A stretch of DNA of 64,000 nt from a virus (taxonomy: Duplodnaviria > Caudoviricetes), in the IMG/VR virus record IMGVR_UViG_3300035501_000471. One strand, written 5' to 3'. The notes under the pieces were generated by a model, which worked only from the letters and a program-made list of their open reading frames with translations, was not told the DNA's origin and made no database searches. Made by a program: the position numbers and the translations under genes. This document shows, one piece after another, positions 19,563-30,319 of the stretch; position 1 is the first letter of the stretch; each line of letters opens with the position of its first letter.

Positions 19563-20735
19563 TTACCAAAGTTTTTCTTCATCTGACTTTTTAACTTCTT
19601 TTTTATCAGGTATTTCAGTTAAACTATTATCTATGGCATACTCTATTCTGGTCTTGGCTATTGGTAAGTAATCTTCAGTTATTTCAATACCTATGTAGTT
19701 ATAATTAGCATCTCTATCATAATTCTCACTCATCACTGCTTTTCCTGTTGAACCAGAACCATTAAAACAATCCAGCACAGTTCCACCTTTAGGTGTGACT
19801 AATCTAACCAAGTATTTCATCAAAGAACAAGGTTTACAGGTTGGGTGAAAATTCTTACGGGCAACTCCGCTTCTATTAAACTGATTATTGGCTGATTCTA
19901 ATTCAGGATTTCTATCACTTTTGACAACCAATTCAAAATCATCTAAACCCTCATCTCTATCCCTACGAGAAGCCTTGGCACAGTAAAAATACCTATATTC
20001 TTCGTTAGGAAATCCTTTACATACTTCATTGTCATCTTCATCATAAGTGAGTATTACATTAGCTGGAAATCTACCTTCATCTATTGTTCGTTCACCTGTC
20101 ATTGGTTTCCATCCACCATCATAAGCTTGCCATTTTTCTATTGATTCATCTGTCATCCTATTATAAGCATTCATATTAAACTCATAATTGGATTTATCTT
20201 TTTCACCTGTAATTGGTACTCGACATTCTTCAATATTAAGGGCACCAACATTGTTATTATACATATTATCAATCAGAGAACCTTCAAATGGTTTTCTGGC
20301 GATAATAATAGGTTCATATGCTGGTTTTAGAGCGTTTCCATACTTATATAATTCACTATCGACTGGATGACCTAATTTCTTTTCTAACATTTTACCAACA
20401 TTAGAACTTTTAGGCATACCACTACCATATAACCACATAATAGTATCTCTTATTTCAAAGCCTGCATCTTCAATCGCACACACCATTCTATGAAATGTTC
20501 GAGTGGCACAGAAAGCTACCAAATATCCACCGGGTTTCAATACTTTAAGACAAGTTTTCCAAGTTTCGGGGTTGAGAGTAATTCCTGTATTATCCCATTT
20601 ATTAGACAGGAAATTTAGTTCATATGGTGGATCACAACAAATGGATGTTATACTATTTTCTTCTATAACATCCAACATATCCATCATGTCACCATTATAT
20701 AATTTATAGTTTTTTCCTTCTGAGTATAACTTCAT
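19563..20735 (-). CDS. DNA N6-adenine methyltransferase, beta class
   Basis: CDPPY, GRFPAN, HPTCKP, DCFNGSGSTG. Confidence 0.9.
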   Translation of the reverse strand: MKLYSEGKNYKLYNGDMMDMLDVIEENSITSICCDPPYELNFLSNKWDNTGITLNPETWKTCLKVLKPGGYLVAFCATRTFHRMVCAIEDAGFEIRDTIMWLYGSGMPKSSNVGKMLEKKLGHPVDSELYKYGNALKPAYEPIIIARKPFEGSLIDNMYNNNVGALNIEECRVPITGEKDKSNYEFNMNAYNRMTDESIEKWQAYDGGWKPMTGERTIDEGRFPANVILTYDEDDNEVCKGFPNEEYRYFYCAKASRRDRDEGLDDFELVVKSDRNPELESANNQFNRSGVARKNFHPTCKPCSLMKYLVRLVTPKGGTVLDCFNGSGSTGKAVMSENYDRDANYNYIGIEITEDYLPIAKTRIEYAIDNSLTEIPDKKEVKKSDEEKLW

Positions 20736-20780
20736 TATATTACTATTTTGTTAACTTAAAAATAACAAAAGGGGAGATTT

Positions 20781-22766
20781 TTAAACCTCCCCTGATATAT
20801 CATCTTTTTCTAATTCTGAAATTTCTGTTGTTACGACTTGTTTTATACCAGCAATATCTTTTAGGTATCCAATCTCAGGTCCCAATATTCTTTCAGCGAA
20901 GTCACCCCAACTCTTATCATAATATACTAAACAAAGTATATCTTTCAAATATCTTGAACAATTCTGTTTTAGATATTTTGGGTCTTTGGGGTTACTATAA
21001 CTTGTTGCCCACAGACCATCACCAAATATAAAGATAGGACAGTCATGGTTTCTTCTTTTCAATTTAAGTATCTCTAATGACACCGCTTCAAAGTTTTCAA
21101 TTCCACCACCGAGTCCTTGATCAGATATAAATTTCCAGATGTCTTTTAATAGGTCTTCAAACTTAGCCTTGTTTCTAATATCTCTTTCTTTTACCTTATA
21201 TGGTTTAGATAATCTTTCACCAAATCCATATATATTTACTTCATTAAATGCTAACTTTCTACAAAAATCCAAAACTCTCTGTAAAAATGTAAATACTAAT
21301 GGTTGAGATACAGAACCAGAAAAGTCAATGAAACAATTTATCTGTTCAATCTCACCACCAGCAGGAGATGATTTAGGTAACACAGCATCTCTCCAAAGGT
21401 GTTTTTTATCACCCCATGTAGTTTTCTTATACTTAGATGAACTTGTTCCTGACCTCTTTGATTTAGAACGTAAGAAGATTTTAACCATTTCTTTCCATTC
21501 CATATTAGTTATCTTACCTTTCAGAACACCACGAAGAATACCTTTTGCCAATGATGAACCAGACTTTCCAGACTCAGCGGCTTTCTTTTCAAGTTCTTCC
21601 GCAGCCTCCTTAGCAATAGTTTCATCATCCTCCATTTCATCTGATGTGTCTGTGTTTTTGTCCTTTTTCATTTTTTCAATGTCTTTTGGATCAAACCCAC
21701 CTTTTTTCATATCATCGGTAAATAGGTCATCATCAGGAGCATCTTCCAATGTTTCACCAGCTAACTCACCAGAACCAGATTTAGTTTCATCTGTTGCTTT
21801 GTCAATATCTTCTTTCAAATCACTGGCTTTTTCTTCTGAGGATTTACCATCTTCACTGTCACCAAAAGAATCCTTCATTTTATCAAGTAATTCTTTTTCT
21901 GATGATGAACTTGTCCCCTCTTTAGTTCTATCAAGTGCATCCTTTATCTCACTTTCCAATGAATCATAATCTTCTGAATCATAATCTATTGTGTCATCAT
22001 AGTCAACATCATCATCAGAACCATCACCAGAATCCCCACTTGATGAACTTCCACTTGTTCCTCCATGTGAACTTGATGAACCACCTGAAGATTTACTACT
22101 ACTTCCACCTGAACCTTCACCTTCGGAATCACCATCATCAAAGTCACCATCTTCATCTGAACCACCTGAAGAACTATCATCACCAGAATCATCTCCAAAG
22201 TCCCAGTCATCATCATCTCCAAGGTCATCATCATCTCCAAAATCACCATCTTCATACTCATCTTCATCATCACCACTGGGAGAAGAACCACCAAAATCAT
22301 CACCTTCTTCATCACCAGTTTCACCATGACGAGAATCAGAATCATAATCGAAATCATCAAATTCAAAATCCGGTTCATGTTTGTCAGATTCATCATCTTC
22401 ATCATCCTCAGATTTTGGATCCTCTAATTTTTCAATGTCATCCATATCATCCATAGTTGATGACTTAAATAATGAACCATCACCATCACCTCCAGCACCA
22501 CCATCGTCATAAGGTTTATCTGTCACACTGTCAGTATCATCACCACCGGGTTTTTCACCACCTGTATCATCACCACTTCCTTCTTTCTTTCCTTCGATAT
22601 TTCTAACTCGATTAAGTACATCTAAAACGGCTTGTGTTATACCCTGTTCTGATGTTTTATATTCATCATCAATTTCCACACCAACTTCATCACCATCTTC
22701 TAATGATTCAGTGATTACATTAGTGTTTTTAATTAATTTATCTAATTTCTCAAAAATACTTTCCAT
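20781..22766 (-). CDS. Acidic low-complexity region plus vWA-like (DUF2201 C-terminal type) domain
   Basis: Long D/G/S-rich tract; MIDAS-like FIDFSGSVS; GGG; IFIFGDG. Confidence 0.72.
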   Translation of the reverse strand: MESIFEKLDKLIKNTNVITESLEDGDEVGVEIDDEYKTSEQGITQAVLDVLNRVRNIEGKKEGSGDDTGGEKPGGDDTDSVTDKPYDDGGAGGDGDGSLFKSSTMDDMDDIEKLEDPKSEDDEDDESDKHEPDFEFDDFDYDSDSRHGETGDEEGDDFGGSSPSGDDEDEYEDGDFGDDDDLGDDDDWDFGDDSGDDSSSGGSDEDGDFDDGDSEGEGSGGSSSKSSGGSSSSHGGTSGSSSSGDSGDGSDDDVDYDDTIDYDSEDYDSLESEIKDALDRTKEGTSSSSEKELLDKMKDSFGDSEDGKSSEEKASDLKEDIDKATDETKSGSGELAGETLEDAPDDDLFTDDMKKGGFDPKDIEKMKKDKNTDTSDEMEDDETIAKEAAEELEKKAAESGKSGSSLAKGILRGVLKGKITNMEWKEMVKIFLRSKSKRSGTSSSKYKKTTWGDKKHLWRDAVLPKSSPAGGEIEQINCFIDFSGSVSQPLVFTFLQRVLDFCRKLAFNEVNIYGFGERLSKPYKVKERDIRNKAKFEDLLKDIWKFISDQGLGGGIENFEAVSLEILKLKRRNHDCPIFIFGDGLWATSYSNPKDPKYLKQNCSRYLKDILCLVYYDKSWGDFAERILGPEIGYLKDIAGIKQVVTTEISELEKDDISGEV

Positions 22767-22768
22767 GA

Positions 22769-24679
22769 TTAATCTTCCTCTGATGTTTTTGTTACTTTAG
22801 GAGCGAGTTTTTCAGCTTCATCAAACAAAGCGTCAGCACCTTTTTCTTTATATATATCAATAAGTTTCTTTCTGGTTTCTTTATAAGCCTTCTTCCATTC
22901 CTCTGATGCTTTAATTTTCTTTTGGGTTTTCAATTTTTTACCCAATCTTCTCAAACCATCAACCGCTAATGACATGGCACCAAATTTAGCACCCGGTGTT
23001 TCATCTTCATCACCAATAATGTCAAAGAAATGACTTACATCTTTGAAAACATCATCTAAGAATGTAGGAATTTCTCTTTTCTCCCATTTTAATATTTTGT
23101 CATCTATTAACTTGTCAAAATCTTCAGTAAGGTCTTTTTTCAATGTTGGTATATATGAAACAACTTCTTCTACATCTTCATGTACCAAATCTGTAACTTT
23201 CTTTTCAGTCAATTCAGTCATAGCTTGTCTCATTGAATATAAAGTATCACAAGTATCTGAACTAATTCTACCAATATCATATAGTCTTTCAAGATTAATA
23301 AAGGTATCCACAAATTTTTGAATTGGGTTTTTCTTTTTTAATTTATCCTTTATGGTTTCTGCCTTTTCTCTATCTCTTTCTTCTTTAGTTTTACCTGTTT
23401 TCCTAGTTTTTTCGGCTTCTCTTTCTGCCTTTTCTTTTTCCCTTCTAACCTTATCTTTATGTTCTTCAATCGCTCTTTTACGACGTTCACTTTTTCTCTT
23501 TTTATCAAGGTCATTTAATATTATAGCTTCCAAATCATCCTTAGCTTGTCTAATGATTTTTCTTTCTTCTCGTATCTCTTTATCACCTTCATATAAAGTA
23601 TTGAGAGCTTCTGTTAATGATTTCATCGCAGTTTTTACATCATTAACCACATCTTCTTCATCCTTTCTAAAGGCTTCACCTATTTTAGATGCATTCTTTA
23701 ACAGATTTTTTCTCAACATTTTAATATCAGAAATAGTCACTGAAATTTCATGGTCATCCATTTCTTTAGGGTTGGTTCGTAAGTCATCTACTACATTTTG
23801 TATATCAGATTCTAAATCACCAATTTCACCCAACATTGAATCCATTAATTTTTCCAACTCTCGTCTTAAACCAGCAAGGTCAGCCTTATCAACTATTTTA
23901 CGGTCTTTTTTACCATATAGTTCATCCATAGCTTTCTTTAACTTTTCACCAGCGATTTCTTTTTCCGCAGATGTTGAATCTTTATCATTCAAAACAGTCA
24001 AGGCTTCTTCTATTGCTTTAAGGGCGGCCTTGGTCTTATCATCGAGTTTTATACCATTCAGTTTCATCCATTTTTCATACTCCATGTCACCATATTTGTC
24101 ATAGATGTCTTCCCATGTCATTCCTGTGTATGCTGGATTATAACAACCATTCATCTTTTTCCAGAAATCTTTAGAAACAATACCATCATCAACCATAGAG
24201 GCGTTTACTTCAAAGTCAGTGGCCAGATTACATTTCATATGAATTTCTTTAGTTGCTCCTGTTCCAAATCTCTTTATACCCTTTTCAACATGCTTAAAGA
24301 AATTGTGCATTAACTCATGAAATAAAATACCAAACACCCGTTCTTTTTTCATTTTACAAGTATTATACACAAAATGAGCGTTTATCCATAAGTTTTTCTT
24401 TTGGTCAACCGCCATTGTATTAATACCCATCGAACTGGGATAATTTGGTATAAAAAAGATTTTACTGTATTTAATATATGAGTAAAAGAAACGATATTCA
24501 GAAGAAATCTTAAACATCGCATCAGTTACCACTTTTACTATATCTTTAGTTTCAACTGGAATTATAGCCTTTAATGTCATATCATAAATGTCAATCGTTC
24601 CAAGTTCCAAAAAAAGGTCTTCATTACCCTCAACAGCAGAACTGGATTCATTAAGACGATTGTAGTATATAAGATTCAT
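22769..24679 (-). CDS. Metallopeptidase (DUF2201 N-terminal type) with a long helical C-terminus
   Basis: TMAVD...LWIN, FHELMH (HExxH), NLATDFEVN. Confidence 0.75.
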   Translation of the reverse strand: MNLIYYNRLNESSSAVEGNEDLFLELGTIDIYDMTLKAIIPVETKDIVKVVTDAMFKISSEYRFFYSYIKYSKIFFIPNYPSSMGINTMAVDQKKNLWINAHFVYNTCKMKKERVFGILFHELMHNFFKHVEKGIKRFGTGATKEIHMKCNLATDFEVNASMVDDGIVSKDFWKKMNGCYNPAYTGMTWEDIYDKYGDMEYEKWMKLNGIKLDDKTKAALKAIEEALTVLNDKDSTSAEKEIAGEKLKKAMDELYGKKDRKIVDKADLAGLRRELEKLMDSMLGEIGDLESDIQNVVDDLRTNPKEMDDHEISVTISDIKMLRKNLLKNASKIGEAFRKDEEDVVNDVKTAMKSLTEALNTLYEGDKEIREERKIIRQAKDDLEAIILNDLDKKRKSERRKRAIEEHKDKVRREKEKAEREAEKTRKTGKTKEERDREKAETIKDKLKKKNPIQKFVDTFINLERLYDIGRISSDTCDTLYSMRQAMTELTEKKVTDLVHEDVEEVVSYIPTLKKDLTEDFDKLIDDKILKWEKREIPTFLDDVFKDVSHFFDIIGDEDETPGAKFGAMSLAVDGLRRLGKKLKTQKKIKASEEWKKAYKETRKKLIDIYKEKGADALFDEAEKLAPKVTKTSEED

Positions 24680-24767
24680 TACTAAAAGTATTATTATAAG
24701 TTATTTATGGTGATAAAAAAACCTGTCCAAAAAATGAACAGGTTTTTAATTATATTGAGTAATCAAA

Positions 24768-27473
24768 TTAACTATTTACTTGATATCTATCATCACATAA
24801 TTTGAAATAATTTTTAAGTTGTTTAGCATTTGATTTATCCATCAGTTTGTCAAGAATATCAACATGCATCTGTTTAATATAATTATCCTTTGAACGAGAA
24901 TATGTATTATTAATCAAATTTGTCATATTGATAAGATATTCTTCTGGAGGTAAATCAGTTTTTGAATAATGTGATTCAATATAGGTTAAACATTTTTCAG
25001 CAATCTCAGCGGCGGAAGGAATAGGTTCAGGTATCACATAAGAAGGATCTTCAAATACACTCTTCATATTAACCACTGTATCAGCACGAGATGTAATATA
25101 ATCAATATATTTATTACCTGTCACCTCACCAATCGCACCATACACGATATCTTTCAATGTTTCTATAGGTAATTCTGTGAAGTTAGTACAACCTTCCATC
25201 TTACAATGTGCCTTAAATTCTTTCATCATAGCTGACCAAGAACGAGGTGTTGGGTGGGCAACTTCACCTTCAGCATGAGCGTCAGTATCAATATTGTGCC
25301 AGTTAATATATTCACCATTACTATCTTTTTCACTAACTAAGAAAGACAATGTTAATTCATCAAATCCACCCTTAGTAGTCGCCCATTTTCTCCATTCGCT
25401 AAATTCTGGGATAAAGTTAAGTTGCATACCAAAACGGGTTGTGACTACTGAACCAGTTCTTTCAAATGTTGATGATACTTCTTCATCATCATTAGGTCTA
25501 TTTGAACAAGCAATAATAGCCCATTTATCACCAAGGATATATCGACCATCACTATATGAACGGTTTAGTAAAAGTTGCATCAAAATTTTAAAGATTGAAG
25601 GATCGGCTCTAAAGAACTCATCAAACATTAAAATACCTCCATCAAATGATTCTTCAACAATTAAGTTTTTATCATCATCATAATATTCTTTTACATCACC
25701 ATTTGCAATAAAGTTACGAAGTTGTCTTTCTTTTGGATCATTTGTTTTTCTATAACAAGGCAACCAAGTCTTAGGAGCATCATCACTTCTTACAAATGAT
25801 TTGTTTTCCATATCATCATCATCGAAGCCCAATTTATTAGCAAAGTTTTTAACAACTGAACTATTATCTGCAAATTCTTTCATTGTTTGTCTTACAGGCA
25901 TAGGAAGTGACAAACCATCAGGTGTCAAATCACCACACTCAACAACCATAAGTGATTTTTTAGTTTCAGCAGATGATTTAGACTTATTGTATTCTTTAAT
26001 GATTGCATCTGGAATTGAAGATTTACCAATACCGGGAGCACCCCAAATTAATAGAGGTTTCAAAGCATCATTACCCACTTCACCGGGTGTATAAAACATT
26101 CTGGTCTTTATATATTTCTTCAATCCTTCGGTATTTACATCACGAATAGATTTAAGACCTCCACTTTTACCAGAGAAACCAACTCTATCTTCTTCAATAA
26201 TCTCATCAAACTTACCAACATTAGCACTTTCATTAATCATACCAATAAAGGTTTTGTAGTTTTCATATTCAACATCACCTTTTTCAATATTATCATAGTA
26301 TCCAGTAAGTCCGGTTAATTGAGCTTCTGTTTTAACATTATCATTCAAAAGTCGATTTACAACAGGAGAATATGCAGTTACACCTTTAACATCACCATTA
26401 GCAATACAATTTAATGATGTGAAAGGACTGGTAGCAGGAATAAAACCATTTTCACCAAAGACTGCAACTAAAAATTCATCAACTTTAGTAATACCTATCT
26501 TAAACAATGATTTTACTTTTTCAATACCTTTCTTGACGAATGATTTTGTTTTGTCCCAAAGTCCTTCATTCAACATAAATGTTTCAAAGTCCATCACATG
26601 AGAAAATTTAGACTCATATTTGAAATCTTTGAATTTACTGTTCCAGAAATCAGCTGACATTTCCTTTTCTTCATCTTCATTAGCACCAATAAAAGGAAGT
26701 GGGGCTCGTTTTTCAGACTCAACGGTTCTTCTTTCACCAGTATCAGGATCATCAACTATTTCCTTCACTTTAATCATCTTAGGTTTCCATTTATTAACAG
26801 ATTGATTAAATTTTGAACCTAAGAACATATTTTTAAAGTCAGCACATGAACCAACATTCCAATCACAAATACTATCATTATTAAATGTTGATTTGTAGAA
26901 CATACCTTCCATATGTTTAACTGCACTAACATCCCATTCACTTAAATCAGCATTGGGGAGATTTGTAAAGGCCAACAAAGCGGTCATATCCTTTACATTA
27001 CGAGTATCAAGTAGTGATAAAGGAGTTTTTCTATTCATATTCTTTTCCTCTTTACAAATTACATCATAAATTGCATTGACTACTTTGAATACATTTCTTT
27101 TTGAACTACTTGTGTTATCAACAACTATTCGTGAACGTGGATCTGTACTGAGTTCAACTTCTTCAGGTTCTTCTGATGTCTCATCTTCATCACCATCTTC
27201 ATCTTCATCAGTATCAGGTTCTACAATTTCTGTCTTTCTTGTATCATCACCACCTTCAGAGGGTTCATCTTCATCATCATCAAACATTGAATCAAATCGA
27301 CCTTCATTCAATTTATTTGATTTAATAGATTTATTAATCTTATCTTCATTCTGAACAAACCACTCATCAAATTCTACTAAAAAATTTTTATTAGAGTGTC
27401 CTTCTTCGAGACGTTGGTTATATCCATCTAACCATTCCATCACCGCAGGACTTAAAAGTTGGTCTAATGTCAT
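24768..27473 (-). CDS. MoxR/AAA_5-type ATPase with an N-terminal BspA/DUF285-like repeat region
   Basis: WGAPGIGKS, ILMFDEF, ACSN, TRF, PTPRSW; DLSEWDVSAVKHMEGMF repeats. Confidence 0.82.
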   Translation of the reverse strand: MTLDQLLSPAVMEWLDGYNQRLEEGHSNKNFLVEFDEWFVQNEDKINKSIKSNKLNEGRFDSMFDDDEDEPSEGGDDTRKTEIVEPDTDEDEDGDEDETSEEPEEVELSTDPRSRIVVDNTSSSKRNVFKVVNAIYDVICKEEKNMNRKTPLSLLDTRNVKDMTALLAFTNLPNADLSEWDVSAVKHMEGMFYKSTFNNDSICDWNVGSCADFKNMFLGSKFNQSVNKWKPKMIKVKEIVDDPDTGERRTVESEKRAPLPFIGANEDEEKEMSADFWNSKFKDFKYESKFSHVMDFETFMLNEGLWDKTKSFVKKGIEKVKSLFKIGITKVDEFLVAVFGENGFIPATSPFTSLNCIANGDVKGVTAYSPVVNRLLNDNVKTEAQLTGLTGYYDNIEKGDVEYENYKTFIGMINESANVGKFDEIIEEDRVGFSGKSGGLKSIRDVNTEGLKKYIKTRMFYTPGEVGNDALKPLLIWGAPGIGKSSIPDAIIKEYNKSKSSAETKKSLMVVECGDLTPDGLSLPMPVRQTMKEFADNSSVVKNFANKLGFDDDDMENKSFVRSDDAPKTWLPCYRKTNDPKERQLRNFIANGDVKEYYDDDKNLIVEESFDGGILMFDEFFRADPSIFKILMQLLLNRSYSDGRYILGDKWAIIACSNRPNDDEEVSSTFERTGSVVTTRFGMQLNFIPEFSEWRKWATTKGGFDELTLSFLVSEKDSNGEYINWHNIDTDAHAEGEVAHPTPRSWSAMMKEFKAHCKMEGCTNFTELPIETLKDIVYGAIGEVTGNKYIDYITSRADTVVNMKSVFEDPSYVIPEPIPSAAEIAEKCLTYIESHYSKTDLPPEEYLINMTNLINNTYSRSKDNYIKQMHVDILDKLMDKSNAKQLKNYFKLCDDRYQVNS

Positions 27474-27510
27474 TTTTATAAATTTATTACATATATTATA
27501 TTTACGGAAA

Positions 27511-29391
27511 TTAAGCTTCTGAAGTTCTTAAAATCTCTCTCAATCTGCGTTTCCACATTCTACGACCTTTTTCACCTCTAAAAGCAATACCCATTTGAGT
27601 GGTCATACGCCAAGAAACACCAGTATAATTTGAACCTTCATTACCTTCAAGTAGATAATTTACTTCATTAATAAAATCTTCAATATCTTTTCTTGGAATG
27701 ATACATTGGTCACTTGGTAATTCTTCTTCTGTCATAGATTGTTGTTCACGAAGTTGTTTTTGAATTACGTTCCACATAACTTCATAAGGAGGATTGATTC
27801 TCACAGGTTGGAATCTTTGACGAATAGCTTCCCAGTCACCTTTACCACCAGTCTTTACAACTTCAGTTTCAAGTTCATCCAAACTCATGTTACCAATAAC
27901 GACAACACAACCATTGAATACGAACTCATCTGGAATAAGTGGTTTTGTATTTTTCTTCAATTCATCCCACTCAGCTGATATTAGGTTGTCCATGTCAGCA
28001 CCAGTCATTTCTTCACCTTTTTTACCAGAACCACCATATTCACGTCTTTTCTTTTTGAAGAACTCATTTTTTTCTTCATTTGATTTTTGACCAATCTCAG
28101 CAAAATATCTTTCTTGACGTGTTTTCTTACCAACTTCATAACATTCTGTACTTGAGTCACGAACTTCACGAGGCATCTTAATAGGTTGAGGTCTTGTTTG
28201 TAATAGACGTTTCCAGAAGGCTACACGTTTTGTTCCTGATACAACATTGGCGGCGTCATCGAGAAGAATAAGTTTACCATTAAATTTATACATCATACGA
28301 TACAAAGCATCCACATCAGTTGCACCATTACCAACATCAACATAGTCTTTCTTTTCAACCATTCCATTTTTCTTCAATGTCTGTTCAAGTGCATATGATT
28401 TACCAGCACCGGCTCTACCTGTAATATAAAGTCCTTTGGTTGTGAATACAGATTTATCATCATCATTAAGTTGACCATTTTGTTTTACATAGTGACAGAA
28501 TGTATCAACAATGTCTTTAATCATTTGTGTTGATTCTTCAAAATCTTGGGTTTCTTTTTCCAACCATTTTTTACGTTCTTCAGCACGTTCAGCTTCATAA
28601 CTTTCTATATCATAAGCATCATCAACCGACACTCTAAGAGCCGAACCAGAACCAACTAAACTTGGATCCAATACACCTCTTACTTCTTCATATAAACCAT
28701 TAAGAGCATCTGAAATAATATATGTAACATATTTCATTACAGAGTCTTTACCATCTATTGAATCATAAATGTCTTTACAGATAGGGTTTGACCCAACATT
28801 TTTTAAGATTTCACCAGCGGCCTTAGCGGGAGATAGACTTTCCAATAATTTTACAACAAAATCTTTCATTGTGGGAGACCATCTTTCAACAATGGCAATG
28901 TGTTTGGGACCATAACCAGCCTTAGCCTTAAATGCCTCATTAAGAACACTTTCATTTACATTGACTGATTTCATATCTTCTACAACCTGTTCAATCATAT
29001 CTTTCAAACCAAGTTTTTCAGAAGAATATGTTATCTCAGCTGTATTCTTACCATCAAGTTCAAAATGATTAAATACGGCGATTACTTTCGTATAACTATC
29101 TTTACAAAATACAAAACTCTTTCCTGCTTCGTTATCAGTTTCAAAGAACCAAACACCGGGTTTTCCATTTACATATACAACAGTTCCACATACTGCAAAG
29201 TTATTTACACCACCTTTTTTAAGTGCTCTCATTATGACTCTTGAAGCCTTTAATAAGTATTCATCATCTGAAATAGGTGTATCTAAAAAAGAGGCATCTA
29301 TACCATCTGATGTAACCTCATTGTCCAAACTTTCAAGAATATGATTTAACTTATATTCTTCGACATTAAAATCGGAAAATTTTTTTAGCAT
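27511..29391 (-). CDS. P-loop AAA-like ATPase
   Basis: GRAGAGKS Walker A, LILLDD Walker B, VVIGN, AIRQR. Confidence 0.75.
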   Translation of the reverse strand: MLKKFSDFNVEEYKLNHILESLDNEVTSDGIDASFLDTPISDDEYLLKASRVIMRALKKGGVNNFAVCGTVVYVNGKPGVWFFETDNEAGKSFVFCKDSYTKVIAVFNHFELDGKNTAEITYSSEKLGLKDMIEQVVEDMKSVNVNESVLNEAFKAKAGYGPKHIAIVERWSPTMKDFVVKLLESLSPAKAAGEILKNVGSNPICKDIYDSIDGKDSVMKYVTYIISDALNGLYEEVRGVLDPSLVGSGSALRVSVDDAYDIESYEAERAEERKKWLEKETQDFEESTQMIKDIVDTFCHYVKQNGQLNDDDKSVFTTKGLYITGRAGAGKSYALEQTLKKNGMVEKKDYVDVGNGATDVDALYRMMYKFNGKLILLDDAANVVSGTKRVAFWKRLLQTRPQPIKMPREVRDSSTECYEVGKKTRQERYFAEIGQKSNEEKNEFFKKKRREYGGSGKKGEEMTGADMDNLISAEWDELKKNTKPLIPDEFVFNGCVVVIGNMSLDELETEVVKTGGKGDWEAIRQRFQPVRINPPYEVMWNVIQKQLREQQSMTEEELPSDQCIIPRKDIEDFINEVNYLLEGNEGSNYTGVSWRMTTQMGIAFRGEKGRRMWKRRLREILRTSEA

Positions 29392-29425
29392 ATCTATTTA
29401 TTACATATATATTATATTTATGTTT

Positions 29426-30280
29426 TTAGAAGTTCAAGTATAAACTTTCAAACACATTTGTCTTTTCTACATTTTGTGTTGTCACCCTAAAACCTCCATA
29501 AGTTGATTTAATATTCACTTTATTTTCATAACAATCACCGGGTACAATAATCTCATTCTTTTCATTATCATAAGACACAGCATACCTTATTCCTTCTTCA
29601 TTCATTATTCTTAATCTGTCGAAGAAATCAATGTAATCTATCTTACCAAAATATCTACCTGTATTTCTCGTGAGTTCATATGGTGGATCCAAATATAAAA
29701 AATCACCATCTTCAACTTGGTCAAATATCACATTATAATCACATCTTCTAAATTCGATGTTATTACCTTTTACAATACTGTGCCAATTCCATATATCTCT
29801 CTCTAACCTTTTTGGTTTTATTCCATCACGAGTCAAATGAAAAGTGTTGTTAAATTCCCCATAACCATTATATCGAGGAATACCATTAGTCGTTGTCCTC
29901 ATCAAAAAGAAAAACAAATAAGGACTTCTTGTTTGATTAAATTCATCCCTGACTTCCTCAAAATATTTACGTTTGTCTTGTCGGTCAGTAATCTCTTTCA
30001 TCTTACACCACATCTTAGTGTATTCCTTCAACAACCCCTTTGGATCATTCTTTACTGTGTTCCATAAATCTATCAAATCTCCATTTATATCAGAACACAC
30101 TATTTTATTTATGTAGGTGTGATATTCTTTCTGTGAACATAACAACTGATATATCACTGAACATCCACCACAAAAAGGTTCATAATAAGTGTCAATATAG
30201 TCCGGAAAATATTTTATTATCTCCGCACTCTGTATTCTTTTTGAACCTATCCATTTTATCACTGGGTTGAAACCACTCAT
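29426..30280 (-). CDS. Dam-like DNA adenine methyltransferase (paralogue of 16438..17319)
   Basis: KWIGSK, YEPFCGG, YLDPPY; shares MRTTTNG.PRYN..GEFNN.FHLTR with the paralogue. Confidence 0.9.
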   Translation of the reverse strand: MSGFNPVIKWIGSKRIQSAEIIKYFPDYIDTYYEPFCGGCSVIYQLLCSQKEYHTYINKIVCSDINGDLIDLWNTVKNDPKGLLKEYTKMWCKMKEITDRQDKRKYFEEVRDEFNQTRSPYLFFFLMRTTTNGIPRYNGYGEFNNTFHLTRDGIKPKRLERDIWNWHSIVKGNNIEFRRCDYNVIFDQVEDGDFLYLDPPYELTRNTGRYFGKIDYIDFFDRLRIMNEEGIRYAVSYDNEKNEIIVPGDCYENKVNIKSTYGGFRVTTQNVEKTNVFESLYLNF

Positions 30281-30319
30281 AAATACTGTATTATTAACTA
30301 TTTATTTTTTTTTCAAATT

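Noticed and set aside
14898-20735. Complete restriction-modification systems
   Set aside because: No cognate restriction endonuclease is recognisable next to the MTases; they appear to be orphans.
21328-24104. Long alternative-frame ORFs (21328+, 21935+ His-rich, 21986- Met-rich, 23352+)
   Set aside because: These are shadows of GAT/GAA-rich low-complexity coding in the real minus-strand genes.
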